Shown one piece after another: positions 48,142-57,391 of a stretch of DNA of 64,000 bases. The stretch comes from a virus. Numbering within the stretch: the stretch's first letter is position 1; the number at the start of each line of letters is the position of its first letter. A program made the translations under genes and the position numbers. The notes beneath the pieces were generated by a model, which saw nothing but the letters and a program-made list of their open reading frames with translations, had not been told where the DNA came from and made no database searches. The DNA is taken from positions 1 through 64,000 of IMG/VR virus record IMGVR_UViG_3300032047_002388. One strand, 5' to 3'.

Positions 48142-48863
48142 AAACATTTATAATTAGAATAAGTAGTAATAAAGATTCAGTTAGGTCTGCACAACAAACA
48201 ATAGATTCAGCAAGAAGTGTAGGGTATAATGAACCAATTGAAATATTCGAAGCAATAAAACCAACTGAGTGGAAATCCATTTTACCATATCCAAACACCT
48301 TTAATGACTATGCAAGACCAGATAATGTTGCTGCATGTTTTGCCTCTCATTATTTATTATGGGAAAAGTGTGTAGAACTAAATGAACCTATATTAATTTT
48401 AGAACATGATGCAATATTCAAAACTAATATACCTGATATAGATTTCGATATGTGTGTTAACTTTGGTAGACCAAGTTATATCAGACCTAATAAAATTGTT
48501 TACGATGAACCAAAAGAGGGATTAGATATTGTTAACCAAGTTAACTTTTTAGGTCATCATGCATATGCTATGAAACCAAAAGCAGCTAAAATATTTTGTG
48601 ATGATGTAAAGAAAAAAGTATTAACACCAAACGATGTGTGGATTGAAAGAAACTCATATCCATGGCTAGAAGAATACAGACCATTTCCAATTCATGCAGA
48701 TACTGATTTCTCTACTATACAAACTATACTACCAGATGACCATCCAATTATGGAATCATATTATAAAGTTACAAGTAAGGAGAATCCTAATTACGAATAC
48801 TTAGAAAAATATTTTCCTCATGTTCTAACAGGTCCACAATCAGAAAGACATATAAATGTATAA
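48138..48863 (+). CDS. glycosyltransferase family 25
   Basis: ACFASHYLLW, ILEHDA, HAY. Confidence 0.85.
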   Translation: MKTFIIRISSNKDSVRSAQQTIDSARSVGYNEPIEIFEAIKPTEWKSILPYPNTFNDYARPDNVAACFASHYLLWEKCVELNEPILILEHDAIFKTNIPDIDFDMCVNFGRPSYIRPNKIVYDEPKEGLDIVNQVNFLGHHAYAMKPKAAKIFCDDVKKKVLTPNDVWIERNSYPWLEEYRPFPIHADTDFSTIQTILPDDHPIMESYYKVTSKENPNYEYLEKYFPHVLTGPQSERHINV

Positions 48864-49692
48864 TAAAGTAAATTTACCAATTGGATGGACTGAAGAAATT
48901 CCAAAATATTGGACAGACCCAAGTAAGATAAACGCATGGGTTGGTGAACCTATTGAATCTAATAAGTTTCTTTTAGTTAGTTGGAGAATGGCAGGTTCAG
49001 AATTTTGTAAAGAGTTAATACGAGAGAATTATCCAGAAACAGTAAATATAAACCATTGGTCAAAGAGTCATATTATCATAGGAAAGAAACTTACTCAACA
49101 GTTAATTGATAATGCAAACACCAAAGTGTTCATGATAATATCAGACCCGAGAGATGTTGCAAGTAACTTAGTTAGTTTTGAGAATGGATTTGGGTTACAC
49201 TACCATGGTCATCATGATTATACACATGGTACGTCTGATTCAAATAGTGTAACATTTTTAAATGAAGTTGCCGATAAACAAATTGAGTTAGTAAATCATT
49301 ATACAAAAAGATTTGGTGATAACTGTATTGTACTGCGATATGAAGATGCATTTCAAAACCAAGATAAATTTCACAATCAAGTATCTAAGTTTATCGGATA
49401 CGAACCATTAGGTATTGATGATGTTAGAAAATATAAATGGTCAATCTATAAAAATGTAGGGTTGTTTAGAAACCACTTTGACTCAGATGTTTTAACCAAA
49501 CACTACAATGAGTACAAATGGTTTTATGATAAATGGGAATATCCAATTGAAGGAATGAATGATTTAAGATATGGATGGCATAGATTTAATGATAAGGTAA
49601 ATGGGAGACAACTTACCGAAGATTATAAACAGATGTTAAAAAGAAATGGAGTTTCCGAATCCGATAGAACAAACAATATAGATGAATTCTAA
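48856..49692 (+). CDS. sulfotransferase-like protein
   Basis: SWRMAGSE, DPRDV, LRYED. Confidence 0.6.
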   Translation: MYNKVNLPIGWTEEIPKYWTDPSKINAWVGEPIESNKFLLVSWRMAGSEFCKELIRENYPETVNINHWSKSHIIIGKKLTQQLIDNANTKVFMIISDPRDVASNLVSFENGFGLHYHGHHDYTHGTSDSNSVTFLNEVADKQIELVNHYTKRFGDNCIVLRYEDAFQNQDKFHNQVSKFIGYEPLGIDDVRKYKWSIYKNVGLFRNHFDSDVLTKHYNEYKWFYDKWEYPIEGMNDLRYGWHRFNDKVNGRQLTEDYKQMLKRNGVSESDRTNNIDEF

Positions 49693-51157
49693 GAAAAATG
49701 TTATAGTAGTTTCGGCAAGAAGAAGTGGTACGCATCTTCTTCATGATTTAATAGTTAATAATTTTGGATATGAAAGTACTAATTACAACTATATAGATTA
49801 CTATAAATTTACAGATGAAATGGAAGGGTTTGAATCATCTATGAATGAAGGCGGTAAAATAACTTGGACTCATTCTCATGATTATAAGGATTACCACAAA
49901 TACAATCATAGTATTGATAACCAAAATAAATTAGATAGATTCTTTTCCGAATCTAAAATTATATTAGTTTACAGAGATGTTAGAGATATAATAACATCAT
50001 GTTATCACAGACCAAGATATAAATCTAAATATAAAACATTTGATAACTTTTACAAGAACTTCGATTTCGATGGATGTGAATTGATTGACCAGAAATACGA
50101 TAATATGTTTGAATTATTACTTCAGTATTATAAGAATTGGTTTTCTGTTTACATGGCAAAAGAACTTCTTGATATCGATATGGAAGTAATATCGTTTGAA
50201 GAAATAATAAAAGATTACGATTTTTCAGTATCTAAGATAGGAAAGTTTTTAGAACAAACACCAACGGGAGTTGATGTTAGGTTACCAAATAAAAATAATG
50301 AAAACATTATTTACACAACCAATGATTTTAGAAATGGAAAGATTAATGATTGGCTTTCGACTATGGAACAGCAATTTGGTACAGAGTTGGGTGAAAGGTT
50401 TTACCATGACTTAGGTGCAGGTTTAGATTGTTTTTTAAACGATATAAAGATACATAAATATCATAATCCTCAGCGAAATAAGTTTTACAAACCCATTCCA
50501 CTAAATGTTGAAAAAGATTTAACATCTGAATTAGAACAATATAAAAATAAATTTAGGTTCTTCGGTGAAAGAGGTGCAATAGAATTAATAGAGAATAGAT
50601 ACAAAGATTCAATACAGAAATCAACAGATTTCAGATACTATCACAAAGTTTTTTATTACGATAAATATGTATTGAAATTTCACTATCCATGTAAAGCAAG
50701 TTTAGATAAAAAAACATTTGATTCTACAATACCTACTGCATCAAAAGAACAACTCTTAACGATTCTTAAAACAAATGATTTTCTATATGAAAATGGTATT
50801 GTTCCTAAACTATATCATGCAGGAATCTACAAAGGAATTTTGTATGTTATACAAGAAAGATATTCTGAAGAAAGTATAATTTATAACAAATACAATTTTC
50901 ATCCTAAGTGGGATAATTTTTTCCAATGGGCAGTTGATTTGGGTTTAGACAGACAATTAAAAGAATATTTTTTCAAAGCATTAGAGAACAATATTTTACT
51001 AACTGATTTAATCAATGTATATAATAATGCAATTGATAAGAATGGTAATATAAAATACTTTGATTTAGATGGTATAAAATATTTCGAAACAAAAGAAGAA
51101 ATGATTAACTCAGAAGATTATAAAAACTCAATAGGTATTATAAAAGACATAACATGA
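49682..51157 (+). CDS. sulfotransferase fused to a kinase-like C-terminal domain
   Basis: ARRSGTHLL, YRDVRD, SFEE; then VLK, VPKLY, IQE, TDL...N, FDLD. Confidence 0.65.
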   Translation: MNSKKNVIVVSARRSGTHLLHDLIVNNFGYESTNYNYIDYYKFTDEMEGFESSMNEGGKITWTHSHDYKDYHKYNHSIDNQNKLDRFFSESKIILVYRDVRDIITSCYHRPRYKSKYKTFDNFYKNFDFDGCELIDQKYDNMFELLLQYYKNWFSVYMAKELLDIDMEVISFEEIIKDYDFSVSKIGKFLEQTPTGVDVRLPNKNNENIIYTTNDFRNGKINDWLSTMEQQFGTELGERFYHDLGAGLDCFLNDIKIHKYHNPQRNKFYKPIPLNVEKDLTSELEQYKNKFRFFGERGAIELIENRYKDSIQKSTDFRYYHKVFYYDKYVLKFHYPCKASLDKKTFDSTIPTASKEQLLTILKTNDFLYENGIVPKLYHAGIYKGILYVIQERYSEESIIYNKYNFHPKWDNFFQWAVDLGLDRQLKEYFFKALENNILLTDLINVYNNAIDKNGNIKYFDLDGIKYFETKEEMINSEDYKNSIGIIKDIT

Positions 51158-51846
51158 AAGGATTTGTAATATATGTAGATACTTCTTCTAAGAGTAAGGA
51201 AAGTGCAAAACATACTCAAAGTATGTTTGGTGATATTGATATTACTTTATTCAAAGGGGTAGATAAAACAAATGTTTGGCAAACTTTTATTGATTCTGAG
51301 TTAAGTATGTTAGATATAAAACACTTTGGAGGAGGAAAAGTTGATTCAGAAATAGCTACATTTTTTTCTCATTATAACGTCTGGTTAAAATGTATAGAAT
51401 TGAATGAACCTATATTAGTATTAGAACACGATGCTATTATTATTGGTGAAATTGATTTTAGTATTTTAAATAAATTTGAAGGTGATTTATTAAACTTAGG
51501 TGAACCAAATTGGGGAAGTATCACTTTAGATTCACATCCATCTCCATGGCTAGATAAACCAAAAGGAATTTTTTTACGAGATGTATGTAATAACAAACAC
51601 GATATCTATAAAATGTGGAACAACGAAAAGGGGTTGTGTCATTGTGATACTATGTGGTTATTTGGGGCTCATGCATATTTATTAAACCCAAGTGGTGCAA
51701 TAAAATTAGTTGAAGGTACTAAGAAAGGAATCCTTCCAGCAGATATTTATATAAGACAAGAACTCATAGATATCTATGATTACTTACCTCACCCAATAAA
51801 ACAAAATGGAGATTTTTCATTAATACAAAGATGGATGGATGAATAA
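51154..51846 (+). CDS. glycosyltransferase family 25
   Basis: FFSHYNVW, VLEHDA, GAHAY, PAD. Confidence 0.85.
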   Translation: MKGFVIYVDTSSKSKESAKHTQSMFGDIDITLFKGVDKTNVWQTFIDSELSMLDIKHFGGGKVDSEIATFFSHYNVWLKCIELNEPILVLEHDAIIIGEIDFSILNKFEGDLLNLGEPNWGSITLDSHPSPWLDKPKGIFLRDVCNNKHDIYKMWNNEKGLCHCDTMWLFGAHAYLLNPSGAIKLVEGTKKGILPADIYIRQELIDIYDYLPHPIKQNGDFSLIQRWMDE

Positions 51847-52297
51847 TATTTTTGAAACATATACGAGTGGTTTAAAAGATAATTTATTTATAGTTACAAA
51901 AGTTATTGTAAAAGATAACAAAGGTAAGTTTCATATAAACACGTCTATACCTCAAGAAATCTTTTTAAGTATAATCGATTTTTCTCTTAATTTTGATAAT
52001 CTAAAATTTGTTTGTAGAGCAAATCATGATGATAACGCAGGTACACCAAATAGTAATCAAATAACTCTATTACGAAAATATGGTAAGATATTTTTTCAAG
52101 ACCCTTGGCCAACACCTGTACCAAATTTTAAATCTGATTCTGTTGTATTTAGATTTGGATATGATGAAGGATGTGAATATGATAAAATGTGTGCACACAA
52201 TCCAATTCACAATGTAGAAGAAAATGATGGAACGTATTACTATTTAATAAGTAAAAATAATATAGTGAAATTGGAATCAAAAAAAATATTAATATGA
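51839..52297 (+). CDS. hypothetical protein
   Basis: ORF within the operon. Confidence 0.65.
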   Translation: MNNIFETYTSGLKDNLFIVTKVIVKDNKGKFHINTSIPQEIFLSIIDFSLNFDNLKFVCRANHDDNAGTPNSNQITLLRKYGKIFFQDPWPTPVPNFKSDSVVFRFGYDEGCEYDKMCAHNPIHNVEENDGTYYYLISKNNIVKLESKKILI

Positions 52298-52920
52298 AAC
52301 AAAAAATATTAATAATAGGTCAACCAAGAAGTGGTACATCATCATTACTAAATAATATATGTAAACAAGATTATGTACGAATATCAGAACCATATAATTA
52401 TAGTTTCGGTGAAAGATATGAATGGCCATTAAAGGAATTAGAATCCGATAGAGTGGCAATAAAATCTTTGGTTGTACAAATACCATCCAAAGAAAAATCA
52501 AAAGGATGTATGCACTTCGTTGAGTTTTCTAAGTTAGTTGATAGAGTTATATTATTAAAAAGAAATAACCAACAAGAACATTTTGAAAGTTTATTAAACT
52601 TACATTATAGATTACTTCAAGATAATAAAATAAATTCACATAAGAAATATGTATTTGATGGATTACTTTTTAGTAAAATTCCAAAAGGTCTTATTACTAA
52701 AATAGAAGAACTACAGCAAAACTCACTAGAGGATATAACTGAAGTATCTGAAAAATTAAATATTCAACCCACTTCCTATGAAGATTTATATGGGGAAGAT
52801 AGAATGAAATCATTTGAAATAATAAACAAATGGGATTTAGATTTAGACCCATTTGAACTAAACGAAGCTTTACATCCCCAACATAGATACAGACAGTTCA
52901 CAGATAAGAATCTTTTATAG
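52294..52920 (+). CDS. sulfotransferase-like protein
   Basis: GQPRSGTSSL, SEP, SYEDL. Confidence 0.65.
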   Translation: MKQKILIIGQPRSGTSSLLNNICKQDYVRISEPYNYSFGERYEWPLKELESDRVAIKSLVVQIPSKEKSKGCMHFVEFSKLVDRVILLKRNNQQEHFESLLNLHYRLLQDNKINSHKKYVFDGLLFSKIPKGLITKIEELQQNSLEDITEVSEKLNIQPTSYEDLYGEDRMKSFEIINKWDLDLDPFELNEALHPQHRYRQFTDKNLL

Positions 52921-52986
52921 CAAAATAATTCAAAAATGCCTTGGAGCTTTGAGCTATTTTTTGTATATTAGCTATGTAAGATTAAG
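52920..52986 (+). promoter_or_regulatory. conserved early-type promoter repeat (TTGGAGCTTT allele)
   Basis: GCAAAATAATT...ATGCCTTGGAGCTTT...TATATTAGCTATGTAAGATT. Confidence 0.8.
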
Positions 52987-52990
52987 TGAT

Positions 52991-53218
52991 ATGATAAAAA
53001 GTAAAGAAAGTTTAAAGAGAGGAATCGAAATCGATTTGACAGGACCCGATGGTAACGCGTTTGTTCTTATGGGATACGCTAAAAGATTCGGTAAACAAGT
53101 TGGTATGGGTGATTCTTATATCAATGAAATGTTAGAAAAAATGATGAGTTCGGATTACGAAAACTTAGTTAAAGTATTCGATGATGAGTTCGGTTCAGTA
53201 GTAACTTTATTAAGATAA
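52991..53218 (+). CDS. conserved small phage protein
   Basis: IDLTGPDGNAF...MMSSDYENL; start moved past the promoter. Confidence 0.75.
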   Translation: MIKSKESLKRGIEIDLTGPDGNAFVLMGYAKRFGKQVGMGDSYINEMLEKMMSSDYENLVKVFDDEFGSVVTLLR

Positions 53219-53229
53219 ACCCTAAACCT

Positions 53230-53415
53230 ATGATAAATAAAATAAAATCTAAAATGTTAACCTATCTGTTTAAAGATTGGGTAGCAAATGAATATGATTT
53301 AGAAACCCTAGAACTTACTAAGGGTATGATTAATAATAGAGAAATAATGTTAAAAACCATTATTGATAAAGTAAATCATAAACCAATATTAGGATATAGA
53401 AGTCATTGTAAGTAA
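53230..53415 (+). CDS. hypothetical protein
   Basis: 61-aa ORF. Confidence 0.6.
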   Translation: MINKIKSKMLTYLFKDWVANEYDLETLELTKGMINNREIMLKTIIDKVNHKPILGYRSHCK

Positions 53416-53470
53416 AATAATTGAAAAATGCCATTGTAGTCTCAATTATTTTTCTTATATTAGCTTTGTA
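53413..53470 (+). promoter_or_regulatory. conserved early-type promoter repeat (ATTGTRGTCT allele)
   Basis: ATGCCATTGTAGTCTC...TATATTAGCT. Confidence 0.8.
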
Positions 53471-53481
53471 ATAAGAGAGAT

Positions 53482-53964
53482 ATGAATAAAAAACCAATAT
53501 TATATATAGACATGGATGGTGTGTTAGTTGATTTATCTAAACACTATAAACAATTTTTTGTTGATAATCCACATCTAGTAAAAAAATTCGAACATTGTCC
53601 AGACCACATACCTGGTATATTCAGAGACCCACCCCCATACGAAGATTGTATTGAGGCTGTAAAGAAACTTTACGATTCTGATAAATATGATATGTTCATC
53701 GCAACATCAGCCCCTTGGGGTAATCCAGATTCATTAACTGATAAAAGGTTTTGGATTGAGAAATACTTTGGAAGAATGTTTCACAAAAAGTTAGTAACAA
53801 CTCACAGAAAAGATTTGTTAGTTGGTGATTACCTAATTGATGATAGAGTTAAAAATGGTGCTGGAGATTTTCCAGGTGAACACATCCACTTTGGTTGGTG
53901 TTACGAGAATGAGAAGTGGAACAAATACCACTCTTGGGATACTGTATTAGATTACTTACTATGA
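53482..53964 (+). CDS. 5'(3')-deoxyribonucleotidase (HAD, NT5C family)
   Basis: IDMDGVL, ATSAPW, LIDD. Confidence 0.88.
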   Translation: MNKKPILYIDMDGVLVDLSKHYKQFFVDNPHLVKKFEHCPDHIPGIFRDPPPYEDCIEAVKKLYDSDKYDMFIATSAPWGNPDSLTDKRFWIEKYFGRMFHKKLVTTHRKDLLVGDYLIDDRVKNGAGDFPGEHIHFGWCYENEKWNKYHSWDTVLDYLL

Positions 53965-54058
53965 TAAACAAATTAAAAAAACTTTGGAACTATCTAACTT
54001 GGTTAGAAGAACAACGAATGAAAGCCGCAATCAAATGTGGTAGTGCAGGACCTTTACT

Positions 54059-54508
54059 ATGATAAACAAACTATTAGATTATGTAGTTCTAGTTTTTATT
54101 ATTGGATTATTGATGATATTATCATCTTGTTCAATACCAGATGATGAACTACTACAACCAATACCACCTACATTAGAATTAGATGGTAGATTAGATATGG
54201 ATTCAAATGGATATTACCATTTAGAACTACGCCAAGATGTACATCAAACAATACATACTATATCTGGTACAGTTGGTAATACACTTGAATGGGATGAACC
54301 TATGAAAGTAGAATGGGATAGTAACCTAGTTTGGTACTTACAAGATGAGGTACAAGTAACCACGTCTAATGGAGCATCTTATGTTGTTGATGGTAAAGTT
54401 AATAATGTAATTGGACCAGTTAAAACAATGGTAGGAGATACTCTAATATTAACTGGTACTATACGAGAACATTTAGTATCTGATACCATAAAAATAGTTT
54501 TAGAATGA
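54059..54508 (+). CDS. lipoprotein
   Basis: signal peptide with LSSC lipobox. Confidence 0.7.
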   Translation: MINKLLDYVVLVFIIGLLMILSSCSIPDDELLQPIPPTLELDGRLDMDSNGYYHLELRQDVHQTIHTISGTVGNTLEWDEPMKVEWDSNLVWYLQDEVQVTTSNGASYVVDGKVNNVIGPVKTMVGDTLILTGTIREHLVSDTIKIVLE

Positions 54509-54816
54509 TACCAATAAAAATACATAGTACACCTATTACCGAAGAAACGTTTAAGAAACAAGGGTGGACACGAGAAGAAGAAGAGGATATAAAAGGCAAT
54601 ACTTTTACATATTGGATTCTATCATTACCAAAAGGAAGTAAAGACCCATATGCACCATGTTTTATTTCTAATACATCAAACCAAAAACTAAAAGGATTAG
54701 AAGAAGGAGAATATGTAGTAGAGTTAAATGATTTCGGTGGATTAGGATTTTGTAGTAGTGAAGAAGAGATAGAAGTATTATATGAAATGTTAACAAAAAA
54801 ATCAATATATCAATGA
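54505..54816 (+). CDS. hypothetical protein
   Basis: coupled ORF. Confidence 0.7.
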   Translation: MIPIKIHSTPITEETFKKQGWTREEEEDIKGNTFTYWILSLPKGSKDPYAPCFISNTSNQKLKGLEEGEYVVELNDFGGLGFCSSEEEIEVLYEMLTKKSIYQ

Positions 54817-55472
54817 AAAATTATACAGCAGAACAATTATCAGCAAACTATGATAAGTTCATAGAAGCATTAAAGAAAGTATTCAAAGGTGAGAGGTTAG
54901 AAAAACTCTTACATATGTACTCAGAAAAAGAATTGGGTACAGAACTAACTCTTGCACCTGCAAGTGGTAGATTACAATTTCATTCAGCATACGCTGGTGG
55001 TTATATAGACCATGTATTGAATGTTGCAAGAAACTCATATAAACTGAAAAAAGTTTATGAAGAGACTGGAATAAAAGTAGATTTTACAGCTGAGGAATTA
55101 TTATTTGCTGCATTTCATCACGATTTGGGTAAACTTGGAAACTCTGAAGGCCCATTGTATGTAGAAGAAACATCAGATTGGCATAGAAAGAATCTAGGAA
55201 GAGTTTATAAACACAATGATGAGATTAACTATATGGATGTTACCCATCGTGCACTTAACCTATTGAATAACTATGGTATCAAGTATAACGAAAAAGAACA
55301 ACTAGGAATTATGTTGGCGGATGGGTTATATAATGAAGCAACAAAACCATATTTTATGGCAAGAAGTCCTGAGTATGGATTGAAAACTGATTTACCATAC
55401 ATTTTACATTGGGCAGACCACATGAGTTGTAGACAAGAAAGAAAGGAATGGGAAGATTCAAAACCATTCTAA
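54813..55472 (+). CDS. HD-domain phosphohydrolase
   Basis: PAS...FHSAYAGGYIDH, HHDLGK, HWAD. Confidence 0.85.
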   Translation: MKNYTAEQLSANYDKFIEALKKVFKGERLEKLLHMYSEKELGTELTLAPASGRLQFHSAYAGGYIDHVLNVARNSYKLKKVYEETGIKVDFTAEELLFAAFHHDLGKLGNSEGPLYVEETSDWHRKNLGRVYKHNDEINYMDVTHRALNLLNNYGIKYNEKEQLGIMLADGLYNEATKPYFMARSPEYGLKTDLPYILHWADHMSCRQERKEWEDSKPF

Positions 55473-55519
55473 CTGACATATTGTCATAACCAAAAGTGAT
55501 TATACTGACATATTGTCAT
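55472..55519. promoter_or_regulatory. tandem palindromic operator upstream of hsp20
   Basis: ACTGACATATTGTCAT twice, 32 bp apart (55472, 55504). Confidence 0.75.
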
Positions 55520-55587
55520 GTTTTATGTGTTGGTATGAATTTGGTACTATAAAGAGTAAATGTTTAAATTAAAAAAAGGAATAAATT

Positions 55588-55956
55588 ATGCTTTACACAA
55601 TTAATAATACATTCGTTGATGATTTTCTCAATGATGTACTAACAACAAAACCAAAAACTAATTACTCATCTTTTGATGCTGAAGTACTAGAAGATGGAAA
55701 ACAAAAAGTTACAGTTAACACTATTGGACATAATCCAAAAGATATTACAGTAGAAGTTACTGAAGAAGAAGTTACAATCAAATCTAAGAAAGTAGAGAAC
55801 TCATCTCGATTTGTTAAAGATATTGATTTAACACTAACAGTTGGTGCCGATTATGATGGTACAAAATCAACTGCAAAATTCGACAATGGGTTACTCACTC
55901 TCCTCATTGATAAGAAGGTAAATAAAAAGGCTAAGACCTTAAAAATTTCTTATTAA
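55588..55956 (+). CDS. small heat-shock protein (Hsp20/alpha-crystallin)
   Basis: G..PKDITVEV, AKFDNGLLTL. Confidence 0.8.
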   Translation: MLYTINNTFVDDFLNDVLTTKPKTNYSSFDAEVLEDGKQKVTVNTIGHNPKDITVEVTEEEVTIKSKKVENSSRFVKDIDLTLTVGADYDGTKSTAKFDNGLLTLLIDKKVNKKAKTLKISY

Positions 55957-55976
55957 ACTCACTATCGAAATAATTG

Positions 55977-56003
55977 AAGGGGAAAGAAATTTCCCCTTTT
56001 TTT
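55977..56003 (+). terminator. intrinsic terminator
   Basis: AAGGGGAAA-GAAA-TTTCCCCTT followed by a T run. Confidence 0.85.
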
Positions 56004-56043
56004 ATATATACAATATTTATTATTACAAGAAAACTATATTATT

Positions 56044-56223
56044 ATGAAAGATGCTTACAAACAAAAAGTTTATAATCTAATCGAAGGTGTACTATCTAGG
56101 TCTAAAATATTAGATGATGGTATTACTGGAGTTAAAAAAGTTTCTCCTCAAGACGCAAGAAGGCTTGTATCCGAAGTTACTAAGTTAACACAAAACATAA
56201 GAGAAATGATAGATATCTCTTAG
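56044..56223 (+). CDS. small hypothetical protein (59 aa)
   Basis: own translation MKDAYKQKVY...MIDIS; ATATTTATT at 56013. Confidence 0.6.
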   Translation: MKDAYKQKVYNLIEGVLSRSKILDDGITGVKKVSPQDARRLVSEVTKLTQNIREMIDIS

Positions 56224-56236
56224 AAAGGGAAATCAA

Positions 56237-57337
56237 ATGAAATTCAGAACCCTATTACTAGGATTATCCGCATTGTTTGTAGCATTTAATGCTGCGTTCT
56301 TTTCGGTAAGTGGTTTAAGTAAATTATTTGCAGGAGCAGCATTATCTGTTATTGTAATGGCTAGTTCATTAGAATTAGCAAAACTAATTACCGCTGGATA
56401 TCTGTACAATTATTGGGAAAAAATAAATAAATCATTTAGATTATATCTAAGTGGTGCAGTAGTTATCTTAATCCTTATAACATCATTAGGTATCTATGGA
56501 TTTTTAACATCTGCATTTCAAGATACATTTAACCAATACAGTATCAAAGAGAAACAATTAGCATTCCTACAACAGAAAGAACAGTTTTGGGGTGATGATG
56601 TAAAACGATATGATGAAGAACTTAAAAGAATTTCTACTAACATTGGTACTCTTTCCAATGCTAAATCTCAACAAATCCAAGTACGAGACACCGCGGTGGT
56701 TGGGGGCGTTAGAACCACAATCTCCACTGCAGAACTTAGATTGGCACAATCTCGTATTGAAGTGGAAGAGAGAAACAAGAGCTCGGTACAAGAGAAAAGA
56801 GAAGTAGCTGCAGATTCACTACAATCTATTCAGTTAAAAATTTTAGATTTAGAATCTATGGAGGGTGTATCCTCAGAACTAGGGCCACTAGAATATCTTA
56901 GTGGATTACTTAACAAACCAATGGACCAGATTATCAATTGGTTTATCTTAATCATTATCTTTGTTTTCGACCCGTTGGCTGTTGCACTTGTAATTGCATT
57001 TAACAACGCTTTAAAAGTTGATAGGGGTATTATAGATAAACAGAAAATAATTCGTAAGAGAGAGTTATATGATGAAGTACCCGAAGAAGAGATAGTAGAG
57101 GAGTTGAATGAAGAAGAAGATGTAAAGGAAGAACTTCCACCAGAGGCAAGAGGATTTACTCCACCAAAAAAAGAAGTTCCTCAATTTACAAAAGCAGAAG
57201 TAAGATTATATACACATCCTCACTTTGATTGGAATAAGAAAGAGACCTGGCAAAATGACCCCAAGGCAGTACAATATTGGTTAAGATATGTTAAACCAAA
57301 AGATGAGGATGACGAGTTTACAAAAAAAACTTATTAA
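56237..57337 (+). CDS. multi-TM coiled-coil membrane protein
   Basis: three N-terminal TMs, coiled coil, GPL..L, IFVFDPLAV TM. Confidence 0.75.
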   Translation: MKFRTLLLGLSALFVAFNAAFFSVSGLSKLFAGAALSVIVMASSLELAKLITAGYLYNYWEKINKSFRLYLSGAVVILILITSLGIYGFLTSAFQDTFNQYSIKEKQLAFLQQKEQFWGDDVKRYDEELKRISTNIGTLSNAKSQQIQVRDTAVVGGVRTTISTAELRLAQSRIEVEERNKSSVQEKREVAADSLQSIQLKILDLESMEGVSSELGPLEYLSGLLNKPMDQIINWFILIIIFVFDPLAVALVIAFNNALKVDRGIIDKQKIIRKRELYDEVPEEEIVEELNEEEDVKEELPPEARGFTPPKKEVPQFTKAEVRLYTHPHFDWNKKETWQNDPKAVQYWLRYVKPKDEDDEFTKKTY

Positions 57338-57375
57338 ATGCCTTGGAGCTTTAAATTATTTTTATTATATTAGCT
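57337..57375 (+). promoter_or_regulatory. early-type promoter (TTGGAGCTTT allele)
   Basis: ATGCCTTGGAGCTTT...TATATTAGCT. Confidence 0.75.
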
Positions 57376-57391
57376 GTATAAAATAAACTAT

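Noticed and set aside
52949-52990. N-terminal extensions given in the track for 52949, 35348, 17239, 31613 and 62059
   Set aside because: These TTG/upstream starts fall inside promoter motifs, intergenic elements or the previous gene; downstream ATGs were used
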